From the NCBI GenBank assembly GCA_963724765.1, contig CAVRVY010000004.1, positions 128,001 through 192,000 on the forward strand: a DNA stretch of 64,000 nucleotides. The letters run 5' to 3'. The notes under the pieces are model-generated. The model did not search any database. It was not told the DNA's origin and saw only the letters and a list, made by a program, of their open reading frames with translations. Below, one piece after another: positions 22,906-35,974 of the stretch; positions within the stretch are counted from its first letter, which is position 1, and every line of letters starts with the position of its first letter. This DNA is from an uncultured delta proteobacterium. GTDB taxonomy: Bacteria > Desulfobacterota > Binatia > Binatales > Binataceae. The position numbers were made by a program, and so were the translations under genes.

Positions 22906-23838
22906 ATGCGAGTACTGGTCAGCGGAGGAGCCGGCTTTATCGGCTCCCATACGGTTGACGCGCTGGCGGCGCGCGGCGGTCATGAAGTTTCCGTCATCGA
23001 CGATCTCTCGGCCGGCAAGCGCGAGCAGATAAACCCAAGCGCCCGCTTTTACCAAGCCGATCTGCGCGACGCGCCCGCCGTGCGCGGCGTGATCGAGCGC
23101 GAGCGGCCCGAGGTCCTGGTGCACCTGGCGGCGCAGATGGACGTGCGGCGATCGGTCGCCGACCCGGCCTTCGACGCGCAGGTCAACCTGGTCGGGTTTC
23201 TCAACCTGATGGAGGCCGGGCGCGAGTGCGGGCTGCGCCGCGTGGTCTTCTCCTCCACCGGTGGCGCGATCTATGGCGAGCAGGAATGCTTCCCGTGCGA
23301 CGAAGACCATCCGCTGCACCCGGTCAGCCCCTACGGCGTGGCCAAGCTGGCGACGGAAAAGTACCTGTTTTTCTACCGCGCGCAGTATGGGATCGATTAC
23401 GTCGCGCTGCGCTATTCGAATGTCTACGGCCCGCGCCAGGACCCGCATGGCGAGGCCGGTGTGGTCGCTATTTTTTGCGGGCGCATCCTCGAGGGCCGTC
23501 CGGTGACGATTTATGGCGACGGCGGACAGACCCGCGACTACGTGTTCGTCGCCGACGTGGTGCGGGCCAACGTGGCCGCGCTCGCAGGGCACGTGTCGGG
23601 CGCTTTCAACATCGGGACCGGGATTGAGACCAGCGTCAACCAACTCTACGAGGCGCTGGCGCGCACGGCGGGCACCAGTCGAGCGGCCGAGTTCGGCCCG
23701 CCGCGCGCGGGCGAACAGCGGCGCTCGGTTATTCTGCCCGAGCGCGCGGACCAGGAGTTGGGATGGCGCCCGCAGGTGGAATTGTCGGATGGGCTGGCGC
23801 AGACGCTGCGTTTCTTTCGCGATCGCGCGGCACGCTAG
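22906..23838 (+). CDS. NAD-dependent epimerase/dehydratase (GalE-like)
   Basis: GGAGFIG, SSTGGAIYG, YGVAK. Confidence 0.88.
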   Translation: MRVLVSGGAGFIGSHTVDALAARGGHEVSVIDDLSAGKREQINPSARFYQADLRDAPAVRGVIERERPEVLVHLAAQMDVRRSVADPAFDAQVNLVGFLNLMEAGRECGLRRVVFSSTGGAIYGEQECFPCDEDHPLHPVSPYGVAKLATEKYLFFYRAQYGIDYVALRYSNVYGPRQDPHGEAGVVAIFCGRILEGRPVTIYGDGGQTRDYVFVADVVRANVAALAGHVSGAFNIGTGIETSVNQLYEALARTAGTSRAAEFGPPRAGEQRRSVILPERADQELGWRPQVELSDGLAQTLRFFRDRAAR

Positions 23839-23932
23839 CCGAATGATGCTATGCTCGAGGATGGGCCGGCCGCCATCAGGGCGGCCGTCACTTTGTGCGC
23901 ATGTTTGTGAATGATCGATTTCGCGCTTGCCA

Positions 23933-25735
23933 ATGACTGACCCCACGCTCATCCGCAATTTCTCGATCATCGCGCATATCGACCATGGCAAATCCACGCT
24001 CGCCGATCGCCTGCTCGAGCGCACGGGCGCGCTCAGCAAGCGCGAGCTGAAGGAACAGTTCCTCGACTCGATGGATCTCGAGCGCGAACGCGGAATCACG
24101 ATCAAGGCCCGCTCGGTGCGGCTCAACTACACGGCGCGCGACGGCAAGACCTACGTGCTCAACCTGATCGACACGCCCGGCCACGTCGATTTCGCTTACG
24201 AGGTCTCGCGCAGCCTGGCGGCGTGCGAGGGCGCGCTGCTGGTGGTCGACGCCAGCCAGGGCGTCGAGGCGCAAACCCTGGCCAACGTCTACATGGCGCT
24301 GGACCACGGGCTCGAAATCGTGCCAGTGATCAACAAGATCGATTTGCCCGGCGCCGATGTCGATCGCACCCGCGCCGAAATCGAAGAGATAATCGGACTC
24401 GACGCGACCGGCGCCATCCTGACCAGCGCCAAGGAAGGCGTCGGCATCGAGGAGGTGCTCGAGGCCGTAGTCGGACAGATCCCGCCGCCGCGCGTCACGC
24501 CCGGAGCGCCCACACGCGCGCTTATTTTCGATAGTTGGTACGACGTCTACCAGGGCGCGATTGGCCTGGTGCGCGTGTTCGACGGCGAGCTGCGGCGCGG
24601 GATGCAAATCCATCTGATGGGCACCGGCAAGACGGGTGAGGTGATGCGGCTTGCGCACTTCACGCCGTTCGAGGCCGAGGTCGAACAACTCGGGCCGGGC
24701 GAAGTCGGGATGGTCGCGGCCAACGTCAAGACCGTGGCCGACATGCGCGTGGGCGACACCATCACCAGCGCCGAGCACCCGGCCACGCAAGCGCTGGCGG
24801 GGTTCAAGGAACTCAAGCCGATGGTGTTCGCGGGGCTTTATCCGACCGAGTCCAACCAGTATGGCGCGCTGCGCGAGGCGATCGACAAGCTGCGGCTCAA
24901 CGACGCCAGCCTGATCTTCGAGCCCGAGAGCTCGCAGGCGCTGGGCTTCGGCTTTCGCGCGGGGTTCCTCGGCCTGTTGCACATGGAGATCGCGCAGGAG
25001 CGCCTGGAGCGTGAGTTCGGGCTCAACCTGGTCATCACGGCCCCGACCGTCGCCTACCGCGTGCGCAAACAGGACGGCGAGGTCCTGATGGTCGACAATC
25101 CCTCGCGGCTGCCCGACGAGTCGGCGATCGAGGCGATCGAGGAGCCATTCATCCTGGCTTCGATCCACGTGCCGCAGGAGTACTTGGGCGCGGTGATGAG
25201 CCTATGCGAGGAGCGGCGCGGCTTGCAGCGCGACCTGCGCTTTGCCGGACGCGGCCGGGCGATCCTGCACTACGAGATGCCGCTGGCCGAGGTGGTCTTC
25301 GATTTCTACGATCGCTTGAAGTCGGTCAGCCGCGGCTACGCCTCGCTCGACTATGAATTTCTGGACTTCCGTGCTGGGTCTCTGGTTAAATTGGACCTTC
25401 GGATTAACGGAGACGTGCTGGACGCGCTCTCCGTAATCGTGCATCGTGACCGGGCCTATGAGCGCGGGCGGGTGCTGTGCGAGAAGATGCGCGAGCATAT
25501 CCCGCGACAGATGTTCGACGTGGCTATCCAGGCCTCGATCGGAGCCAAGATTATCGCGCGAGAGAGCGTCAAGGCGCTGCGCAAGAATGTGACGGCGAAG
25601 TGCTACGGCGGCGACATCACGCGCAAGCGCAAGCTGCTGGAAAAACAGAAAGAGGGCAAAAAGCGGATGAAGCAGGTGGGCAAGGTCGAAATTCCCCAAG
25701 AGGCGTTCCTGGCCCTGCTCAAAGTCGGCGAGTAA
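23933..25735 (+). CDS. lepA: Elongation factor 4
   Basis: [34 protein letters not shown]. Confidence 0.98.
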   Translation: MTDPTLIRNFSIIAHIDHGKSTLADRLLERTGALSKRELKEQFLDSMDLERERGITIKARSVRLNYTARDGKTYVLNLIDTPGHVDFAYEVSRSLAACEGALLVVDASQGVEAQTLANVYMALDHGLEIVPVINKIDLPGADVDRTRAEIEEIIGLDATGAILTSAKEGVGIEEVLEAVVGQIPPPRVTPGAPTRALIFDSWYDVYQGAIGLVRVFDGELRRGMQIHLMGTGKTGEVMRLAHFTPFEAEVEQLGPGEVGMVAANVKTVADMRVGDTITSAEHPATQALAGFKELKPMVFAGLYPTESNQYGALREAIDKLRLNDASLIFEPESSQALGFGFRAGFLGLLHMEIAQERLEREFGLNLVITAPTVAYRVRKQDGEVLMVDNPSRLPDESAIEAIEEPFILASIHVPQEYLGAVMSLCEERRGLQRDLRFAGRGRAILHYEMPLAEVVFDFYDRLKSVSRGYASLDYEFLDFRAGSLVKLDLRINGDVLDALSVIVHRDRAYERGRVLCEKMREHIPRQMFDVAIQASIGAKIIARESVKALRKNVTAKCYGGDITRKRKLLEKQKEGKKRMKQVGKVEIPQEAFLALLKVGE

Positions 25736-25744
25736 GGCGCCACC

Positions 25745-26479
25745 GTGGCTTCTCCCGGCAGCAGCAATCTCCGCAAGACCGGCCCCGGCGATACTCCGCC
25801 GTCGCGCCCGGTCGAGACCGTCGAAGCGCACGGCTCCGAGCTGCGCGAGTGGACCGAGGCGATCGTCATCGCCTTCATCCTCGCGATCATCCTGCGCACC
25901 TTTCTCGTCCAGGCCTATAAGATACCGTCGGGCTCGATGGAGCCGACGCTGGCGATCGGCGACCACATCATGGTCAACAAAATCCGCTACGGCCTGCGGA
26001 TGCCGGATTCGCTCTTCGGCCTTACCCCGTTTGCGGGGGAGATTCCTTACGGCCATTACCTGATCCATTTTGCGCCGGTCCATCGTGGCGACGTGGTGGT
26101 ATTCGTATTTCCGCTCGATGAGACCAAGGACTTCATCAAGCGCGTCATCGGGATCGGCGGTGACACGGTGCAGGTGAAAAACGGCCAGGTGCTCCTCAAT
26201 GGCGCGCCGATGCCCGATCCGCACGCGCACTTCGAGGTCGCATCCGGGGAGCGCTCGCAATATTCCCCGCGCGACAACTATGGCCCGGTGACGGTGCCGG
26301 CCGGCGAGTTCCTCATGATGGGTGATAACCGCGACCGTAGCTACGACGGCCGCTTCTGGGGATTCGTCAAGCTCGACCAGGTCGAAGGCCGCGCCATGTT
26401 CATATATTGGTCATGGGGTGCTGACAGCCAATCGCTCCTGGGCATACGCTGGAACAGGTTCGGTAAGGCGGTCAGATAG
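25745..26479 (+). CDS. lepB: Signal peptidase I
   Basis: IPSGSMEPTL, DFIKRVIG, GDNRDRSYDGR. Confidence 0.95.
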   Translation: MASPGSSNLRKTGPGDTPPSRPVETVEAHGSELREWTEAIVIAFILAIILRTFLVQAYKIPSGSMEPTLAIGDHIMVNKIRYGLRMPDSLFGLTPFAGEIPYGHYLIHFAPVHRGDVVVFVFPLDETKDFIKRVIGIGGDTVQVKNGQVLLNGAPMPDPHAHFEVASGERSQYSPRDNYGPVTVPAGEFLMMGDNRDRSYDGRFWGFVKLDQVEGRAMFIYWSWGADSQSLLGIRWNRFGKAVR

Positions 26480-26497
26480 CGCGGAGCAGGGGGGCAA

Positions 26498-27202
26498 GTG
26501 CCAGTGTCGGATGAAGCCATTGACCGGGTGGGAGCGATGCTCGAGCAGTTGGGCGCGCGTTTCGAGCTGGTGCTTGAGGCCGTCTCCGGATTCGGCGGAC
26601 GGCTGGACGCGCTGCGCGAGGAAATCTTCGGACAGTTCACCGAGGTGGGACGGCAAATCCGTTTCCTCTCGGAACAGATTGCCGAGAACCGCGACGCTAT
26701 TGCGGGCGTGCGCTCCGACCTCGGCGCTGAAATTGTGCGTCTGGGCGAAACCCTGGGCGCCACCCGGGTCGATTTTCGTGAACAGTTGAGCGCGCTCAGG
26801 CTCGCGCTGCAAAACGAGATGGGCGTACGCGCAGCGCAGGCGCGTGACCAGCTCTCCGAGGAAGTCTCGCGCCGCGCGGAGGCGGTTCGCGTGCAGCTCG
26901 GCCAGGAAATCGACGTGTTGCGTGAGAGCCTGCGCTCCGACGGCTCGCGCCGCGTCCCCGCGGCGACGCGCGAGAGCGTCGATCGCGCAATCGGCGACGC
27001 TACTGCTCAGCTCAAAGCCGACGTCGTCAGCGCCGCCGAGTCGGTCACCAAGAAGCTGTCGGCCGAACTCAAGCAGACCAACAAAGCAGTGGCCGATCTG
27101 GCGCGCAAGTTCGAGCGCTTCGACGACCGTATCACGATCCAAAGCCGCGACCAGGAGCAGCGCGTGCGCAAGCTCGAACGCGGCGGGCGCAAGGCCGGCT
27201 AG
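26498..27202 (+). CDS. Coiled-coil/amphipathic-helix hypothetical protein
   Basis: Heptad-like helical repeats, co-oriented with lepB. Confidence 0.65.
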   Translation: MPVSDEAIDRVGAMLEQLGARFELVLEAVSGFGGRLDALREEIFGQFTEVGRQIRFLSEQIAENRDAIAGVRSDLGAEIVRLGETLGATRVDFREQLSALRLALQNEMGVRAAQARDQLSEEVSRRAEAVRVQLGQEIDVLRESLRSDGSRRVPAATRESVDRAIGDATAQLKADVVSAAESVTKKLSAELKQTNKAVADLARKFERFDDRITIQSRDQEQRVRKLERGGRKAG

Positions 27203-27387
27203 ATTCCGGCTGCAGGGGTCGTTCACGCCTGGATGCGCCCCGGCGCTCGCGGCTGCTCGCGACGTTTATCAACAGGCGCCAGGTTATCCACAGATTGGCC
27301 GTCGTAGCCAAATCCGTCTGCGCGACGGTGCATCGTTTGCCAGCGTCAGCTTGACCGGCCCCTTGTCGCCGGTAGAAAATAACTCAG

Positions 27388-27418
27388 CCTTTAACCCGCC
27401 ACAGAGAGGGCGGAAAGG
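27388..27418 (+). promoter_or_regulatory. PyrR-binding RNA stem-loop (pyr attenuator)
   Basis: CCTTTAA-CCCGCC-ACAGAGA-GGGCGG-AAAGG matches the PyrR site layout (CUUUAA, CAGAGAGG loop, AAAGG), upstream of pyrR. Confidence 0.8.
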
Positions 27419-27446
27419 GTAAGACGATGAAAATGTATATGTCAGG

Positions 27447-27478
27447 ACCCGGCTGCGCCCGCAGGCGGGTATTTTTTT
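27447..27478 (+). terminator. Attenuator terminator of the pyr leader
   Basis: ACCCGGCTGCG-CC-CGCAGGCGGGT followed by ATTTTTTT. Confidence 0.75.
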
Positions 27479-27551
27479 GCGCCGCCGCACCACGCGCGGT
27501 CTCAGCTACAGCAGAAAGCATCGCCGCAAGCGGACCCGGAAGCGGAGACTG

Positions 27552-28121
27552 ATGAGCGCGCAGGCCAACCTCAAACCGGCGCAAGCGCTCGACGCCTCGG
27601 CGATTGCGCGCTCAGTCAAACGGATCGCGCACGAGATTGTCGAGCGCAATAATGGCGCCGGCAATATCGTCCTGATCGGCATCGTACGCCGCGGGGCTCG
27701 CCTCGCCGAACGGCTGGCCGAAGCGATGGCCGAAGGCGGCAAACGCGCGGTGCCGGTCGGCACGCTCGACATTTCCTCATACCGCGACGACGGGCGCGGC
27801 GCGCCGGGCGACCCGCGGCTGCTCGGTCGCGACATCCCGTTCGCGCTCGATCGCATTCGCGTGGTGCTGGTCGACGACGTGCTTTATACCGGACGCACCG
27901 TGCGCGCGGCGCTCGACGCGCTGGCCGACCTTGGCCATCCGGAATCGATTCAGCTCGCCGTGCTGGTGGATCGCGGCGAGCGCGAACTGCCGATCCGCGC
28001 CGACTACGTCGGCCGCAATATCGAGGCGCCGCGCGACCAGCGGGTGTACGTGCGCCTGGCCGAAGTCGACGGCGTCGACGAGGTCGTAATCGGCGGCGCC
28101 AAAAAGGGCACGGCGGCCTGA
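27552..28121 (+). CDS. pyrR: Bifunctional pyr attenuator / uracil PRTase
   Basis: RIAHEIVERN, LDISSYRDD, LVDDVLYTGRTVRAALD, DRGERELPIRADYVG. Confidence 0.93.
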   Translation: MSAQANLKPAQALDASAIARSVKRIAHEIVERNNGAGNIVLIGIVRRGARLAERLAEAMAEGGKRAVPVGTLDISSYRDDGRGAPGDPRLLGRDIPFALDRIRVVLVDDVLYTGRTVRAALDALADLGHPESIQLAVLVDRGERELPIRADYVGRNIEAPRDQRVYVRLAEVDGVDEVVIGGAKKGTAA

Positions 28122-28126
28122 GCGCG

Positions 28127-30097
28127 ATGGCACGGCTGGGAAAAAACGACATCGTCTCGATCGAAGACCTGACGACGGTTGATATCGAGCGGATTTTCGA
28201 GCTCGCGGACTCGTTTGTCACGGGCCTCGAACGCGGCGAGACGCTCGAGCGCGCCCACGGCCTCATCATGGCGACGCTTTTCTACGAGCCGTCCACCCGC
28301 ACCCGGCTGAGCTTCGAGTCCGCGATGCATCGCCTCGGCGGCGCAGTCATCAGCTCGCCCGACATGCACGCCTCCTCGGCCGCCAAGGGCGAGACCCTGG
28401 CCGACACGGTGCGCGTGGTGGGCGCCTATGCCGACGTTATCGTGGTGCGGCATCCGCGCGACGGCGCGGCGCGGGTCGCCGCCGAGTACGCGCCATGTCC
28501 GGTGATCAACGCGGGCGACGGCAGCCGCGAGCATCCGACCCAGACGCTTTGCGACCTCTACATCCTGCGCCGCAAGAAAGGGCATCTGCGCGGTTTGACG
28601 GTCGCAATCTGCGGTGATTTAAAATTCGGCCGTACCGTCCATTCGCTGATTTACGCGCTCGCCCGCTTCGGCGCCAATATCGTGGCCGTGCCGTACAACG
28701 GGATGAACGTGCCGGACTATGTGCTGGAACGAGTCGCCGCCGAGAGCAAGTACGGGCTTTCGACGGTCACGATGGAAGAGTTGCGCTCGCTGGCTGGCGG
28801 AATCGACGCGCTTTACCTGACGCCTAACGCGCCACATCAGATGGCGCTGTTCACCTCCGATATGCCGTTGGCTGGCGCTTTGCCGGCGGCGGTAGCGCCC
28901 GTCGCACTCGACGCATTCTACCTGACGCGTCTGCAGCGCGAGCGGATGGACGACAAGGAAGGCGACGGCGGCAAATACGGACATTTCGACGCGCGCGCGC
29001 TCAAGACCAGCCGCACTCATGAGGCGGTCGTGATGCATCCACTGCCGCGCACCGACGAACTGGCCTACGAACTCGATAGCGACCCGCGCGCGGTGTACTT
29101 CGAGCAGGCCGCCGCCGGCGTGCCGGTGCGAATGGCGCTCATCGCGTGGCTGCTCGAGCAGAACGGAACCGAGCGCGTACGTCCGGCCGCGATGGTGCCC
29201 GCGATTCGTTTCAAGGCGCATCCGGCCCCGCGCTGTCCCAACCCGGGATGTATCAGCCGCCACGAAGGAGCTTACCTGGCGCCGCGCTTTCGGCTGGGCC
29301 GCTCGACCGACTCCACGACGCTGCCGCTGGTATGCGAGTTCTGCGAGCGCGAACTCAAAATTGAATTCGTCGGTCACGCGCGCACGCGGCGCTACTACCG
29401 TTTCGACCGCAACCTCTACGGCTATGTGCGTAGCTGGATCGAGGAAGGCTCGCTTGCGGTGTTCGAGAGCGTCAAGCAGGCCGAGGAGAGCGGCTACGAG
29501 CCCTATCGGCGCGGCCCGCAGCGCGAAATCATGAACGCCGACGAAGTCGCGGCGGCTTGCCGCGCGCTGGCCACGCAGATGGCCGCCGACTTGCCCGACC
29601 TCGCCTCCGTCACGATCGTCGGCGTGGTCAGTCACGGTGCGATGCTCGCGATGCGCCTGCGCGATTTGATCGAAGCCAAGACTCATGTGCGTCCGCCATG
29701 CGCGGCGCTCGACGTGTTCGGTGGCGAGGCGGCATTCCATCCACTCGACGGCGGCGGCGGACCTCTCGAAGTTCAAATTGAAGTCAAAGACCGCACGATC
29801 GTCCTGGTCGACGACGTAATTAACAGCGGATGGACCGTGCAGCGCGCGATGACGGCGCTGTGGCAGCGCGGCCGTCCGGCCGCGGTCAAACTCGCGGTGC
29901 TGATCGACCGCGGCCATCGCGCCGTTCCGATCCGGCCCAACTACGTCGGCAAGAATATCCCGACCGCCCGGGCCGAGCGGGTCCAGGTCCGCTTGGCAGC
30001 GCCTGAGGGCGCCGCGCCGGGCCGCGCCAAAGCGCAGGATCGCGTCGTCATCTACTCGATGGTCGACTCGCTCAAGGAAGGAGAAAACGCCGGATGA
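28127..30097 (+). CDS. pyrB: Aspartate carbamoyltransferase fused to a PyrI-like Zn domain, an Ada-like small domain and a PyrR-like PRTase domain
   Basis: FYEPSTRTRLSFE, HPTQ, GDLKFGRTVHSL, YLTRLQRER, MHPLPR; then CPNPGCIS...CEFCE; then LVDDVINSGWT...DRGHRAVPIRPNYVGKN. Confidence 0.9.
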   Translation: MARLGKNDIVSIEDLTTVDIERIFELADSFVTGLERGETLERAHGLIMATLFYEPSTRTRLSFESAMHRLGGAVISSPDMHASSAAKGETLADTVRVVGAYADVIVVRHPRDGAARVAAEYAPCPVINAGDGSREHPTQTLCDLYILRRKKGHLRGLTVAICGDLKFGRTVHSLIYALARFGANIVAVPYNGMNVPDYVLERVAAESKYGLSTVTMEELRSLAGGIDALYLTPNAPHQMALFTSDMPLAGALPAAVAPVALDAFYLTRLQRERMDDKEGDGGKYGHFDARALKTSRTHEAVVMHPLPRTDELAYELDSDPRAVYFEQAAAGVPVRMALIAWLLEQNGTERVRPAAMVPAIRFKAHPAPRCPNPGCISRHEGAYLAPRFRLGRSTDSTTLPLVCEFCERELKIEFVGHARTRRYYRFDRNLYGYVRSWIEEGSLAVFESVKQAEESGYEPYRRGPQREIMNADEVAAACRALATQMAADLPDLASVTIVGVVSHGAMLAMRLRDLIEAKTHVRPPCAALDVFGGEAAFHPLDGGGGPLEVQIEVKDRTIVLVDDVINSGWTVQRAMTALWQRGRPAAVKLAVLIDRGHRAVPIRPNYVGKNIPTARAERVQVRLAAPEGAAPGRAKAQDRVVIYSMVDSLKEGENAG

Positions 30098-31461
30098 GCC
30101 GAATCCTCCTGCGCGGTGGCCGGCTTATCGATCCGGCGCGCGAAATCGACGAGATCTGCGACCTGCTCGTCGCCGAGGGCAAAGTCGAGACGATTGCGCC
30201 GCCGGGCCGGCTCGGCAGCTCCGAGGGCGCGACGATTATCGACGCGACCGGATGCTGGGTCGTGCCCGGGCTCGTCGATCCCCACGTGCATCTGCGCGAC
30301 CCCGGCTTTCCCGAGAAGGAGACGATCGCGACCGGGCTGCGCGCGGCGGCGGCCGGCGGCTTTACCGCGGTGGCCGCGATGGCGAACACTTCGCCGGTCA
30401 ACGACACTCCCGAGGTGACGCGCTACATGCTCGAACATGCCGCGGCCGTTCATGCGGCGCGGCTGGTCCCGGTCTCGGCGGTGACGCGGGGGCTGGGCGG
30501 GCGGGAGACGGTCGACTTTGCGGCGATGGTGGCGGCCGGCGCGCAGCTTTTTTCCGACGACGGAATTCCGATCGACGACCAGGCGGTGCTGGCCAGTGCG
30601 ATGGAGCAAATCGCGCGGTTGGGCTTCGCGATTTCCTTGCACGAGGAAGACCGCGCGCTCACCGCCAACGGCGCGGTCAACGCGGGCGAGGTCTCCAAGC
30701 ATCTAGGCGTGGCGGGCGTGCCGGCGGCCGCCGAAACCGAGCGCATCCGGCGCGACCTGGCGCTGGCGATCGGCGCCGGTGCGCCAGTCCATATCGCGCA
30801 CGTCTCGACCGCGCTCTCGCTCGATCTGATCCGCGCGGCGCGCAAGCGCGGCGCCCAGCTCACCTGCGAGGCCACGCCGCATCACTTCGCGCTCGACGAT
30901 CGCGCGGTGCTCCGATGGGGCCCGAGTGCCAAGATGGCGCCGCCGCTGCGCTCGGCCCACGATGTCGACGCGGTGGTAGCAGCGATCGCCGACAGCACGA
31001 TAGATATGATTGCGACAGATCATGCGCCGCACGATCCGCACTCCAAGCGGATGGAACGGCTGGCCGGGCTTTTCAGCTCCGGAAGCGACTGCGGGCGGCT
31101 CGCCGAGGGCGAAGTCGAGGCGCTGACGCAGGCCGCCAACGGCGTGGTGGGACTCGAAACCGCGCTGGGCCTCGTGCTCGAACTGGTCCATCGCGCAGTG
31201 ATCGGTCCGGCGCGGATGGTCGAGATGATGTCGCTGAAGAGCACGCAGCTACTGAGAATCGACGGCGGTACGTTGGAGGAGGGAGCGCGCGCGGATATAA
31301 CGCTTATCGATCCGAATATGGAATGGACAGTGGATCCGGCGAAATTCATTTCAAAAAGCCGTAACAGCCCGTTTGCCGGGCGGCGGTTGAAGGGCAGGGC
31401 AATATTGACGATCGTCGCGGGCGATGTCGTGTACGACGGCAGAACAGGGACGCAGGTGTGA
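30094..31461 (+). CDS. pyrC: Dihydroorotase (type I)
   Basis: [38 protein letters not shown]. Confidence 0.93.
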   Translation: MSRILLRGGRLIDPAREIDEICDLLVAEGKVETIAPPGRLGSSEGATIIDATGCWVVPGLVDPHVHLRDPGFPEKETIATGLRAAAAGGFTAVAAMANTSPVNDTPEVTRYMLEHAAAVHAARLVPVSAVTRGLGGRETVDFAAMVAAGAQLFSDDGIPIDDQAVLASAMEQIARLGFAISLHEEDRALTANGAVNAGEVSKHLGVAGVPAAAETERIRRDLALAIGAGAPVHIAHVSTALSLDLIRAARKRGAQLTCEATPHHFALDDRAVLRWGPSAKMAPPLRSAHDVDAVVAAIADSTIDMIATDHAPHDPHSKRMERLAGLFSSGSDCGRLAEGEVEALTQAANGVVGLETALGLVLELVHRAVIGPARMVEMMSLKSTQLLRIDGGTLEEGARADITLIDPNMEWTVDPAKFISKSRNSPFAGRRLKGRAILTIVAGDVVYDGRTGTQV

Positions 31462-32660
31462 GCGCACAGCGCGAAGCGATACTGGCGCTAGCCGACGGCC
31501 GCATCTTTCGCGGCCGCGCCTTTGGCGCGATCGGCGAAATCGTGGGCGAAGTCGTATTCAACACCGCGATGACCGGTTACCAGGAAGTGCTCACCGATCC
31601 GTCGTACAAGGGACAGATCGTCTGCATGACCTGCCCGGAGATCGGCAACGTCGGAATCAATGCCGACGATGCTGAGTCGGCGGGCCTTCACGTCGAGGGC
31701 TTCGTGGTCAAGGACTATCGTCCGCGGCCGTCGAACTGGCGCTCCGAGATGGCGCTCGGCGAATACCTCGAGCGCGCTGGAGTGCCTGGAATCGAAGGAA
31801 TCGACACGCGTGCGCTGGTACGCCACATCCGCAACCACGGCGCGCAGGAGGCGGTGATTTCCAGCGTCACGCTCGACCCCGACGCGCTGGTCGCGCGCGC
31901 CAAGGCCTCGCCGGGGCTGGTCGGCCGCGATCTGGTCAAGGAGGTCACCTGCACCGAGCCATACGACTGGGATCTCGGGGATTGGGAACTCGGGACAGGC
32001 TATCGGCAGACGTCGCAAGAGGAATTGCGCGACGCGCCGCTGATTGTCGCGCTCGACTATGGAATCAAGCGCAACATCCTACATCGTCTGGTCGCCAGCG
32101 GCTTTCGCGTGCGAGTGATGCCGGCTGCGGCGACCGCCGCGGAGATCCTCGCACCCAATCCCGACGGCGTCTTTCTTTCTAACGGTCCTGCCGATCCGGC
32201 TGCGCTGCCCTACGCGAGCGAAGCGGTGCGCGGCGTGCTCGGGCGCAAGCCGATTTTCGGAATCTGTCTCGGCCATCAGATTCTCGGCCTCGCGCTCGGC
32301 GGGCGAACTTACAAACTCGGCTTCGGCCATCACGGCGCGAACCATCCGGTGATGGACCTGCGTACGCGGAAGGTCGAGATTACTTCGCAGAACCACGGCT
32401 TCGCAGTGGACGCCGACTCGCTCGCGGGACGCGCGGAGCTATCGCATCTCAACCTCAACGACAAAACGGTCGAGGGCCTCTGCGGCGTCGGCGTGCCGTT
32501 CTTCTCGGTGCAGTACCATCCCGAGGCCTCGCCCGGACCGCATGACGCGGGCTACCTGTTCGCGCGTTTTCGCCGCCTGGTCGAGGAATTTCCACGATCG
32601 GGCGCGAACGCGCTCGACCGTATCGCCGCCGAAGAGCGCGGCGCCGGCCTGGACGTTTAA
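31458..32660 (+). CDS. carA: Carbamoyl-phosphate synthase small subunit
   Basis: [34 protein letters not shown]. Confidence 0.97.
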   Translation: MSAQREAILALADGRIFRGRAFGAIGEIVGEVVFNTAMTGYQEVLTDPSYKGQIVCMTCPEIGNVGINADDAESAGLHVEGFVVKDYRPRPSNWRSEMALGEYLERAGVPGIEGIDTRALVRHIRNHGAQEAVISSVTLDPDALVARAKASPGLVGRDLVKEVTCTEPYDWDLGDWELGTGYRQTSQEELRDAPLIVALDYGIKRNILHRLVASGFRVRVMPAAATAAEILAPNPDGVFLSNGPADPAALPYASEAVRGVLGRKPIFGICLGHQILGLALGGRTYKLGFGHHGANHPVMDLRTRKVEITSQNHGFAVDADSLAGRAELSHLNLNDKTVEGLCGVGVPFFSVQYHPEASPGPHDAGYLFARFRRLVEEFPRSGANALDRIAAEERGAGLDV

Positions 32661-35930
<3,270 letters not shown>

Positions 35931-35974
35931 TCTGCTGCCGCGCCCTGGCGTATCAATCTCCGTGCTCACGCGCG

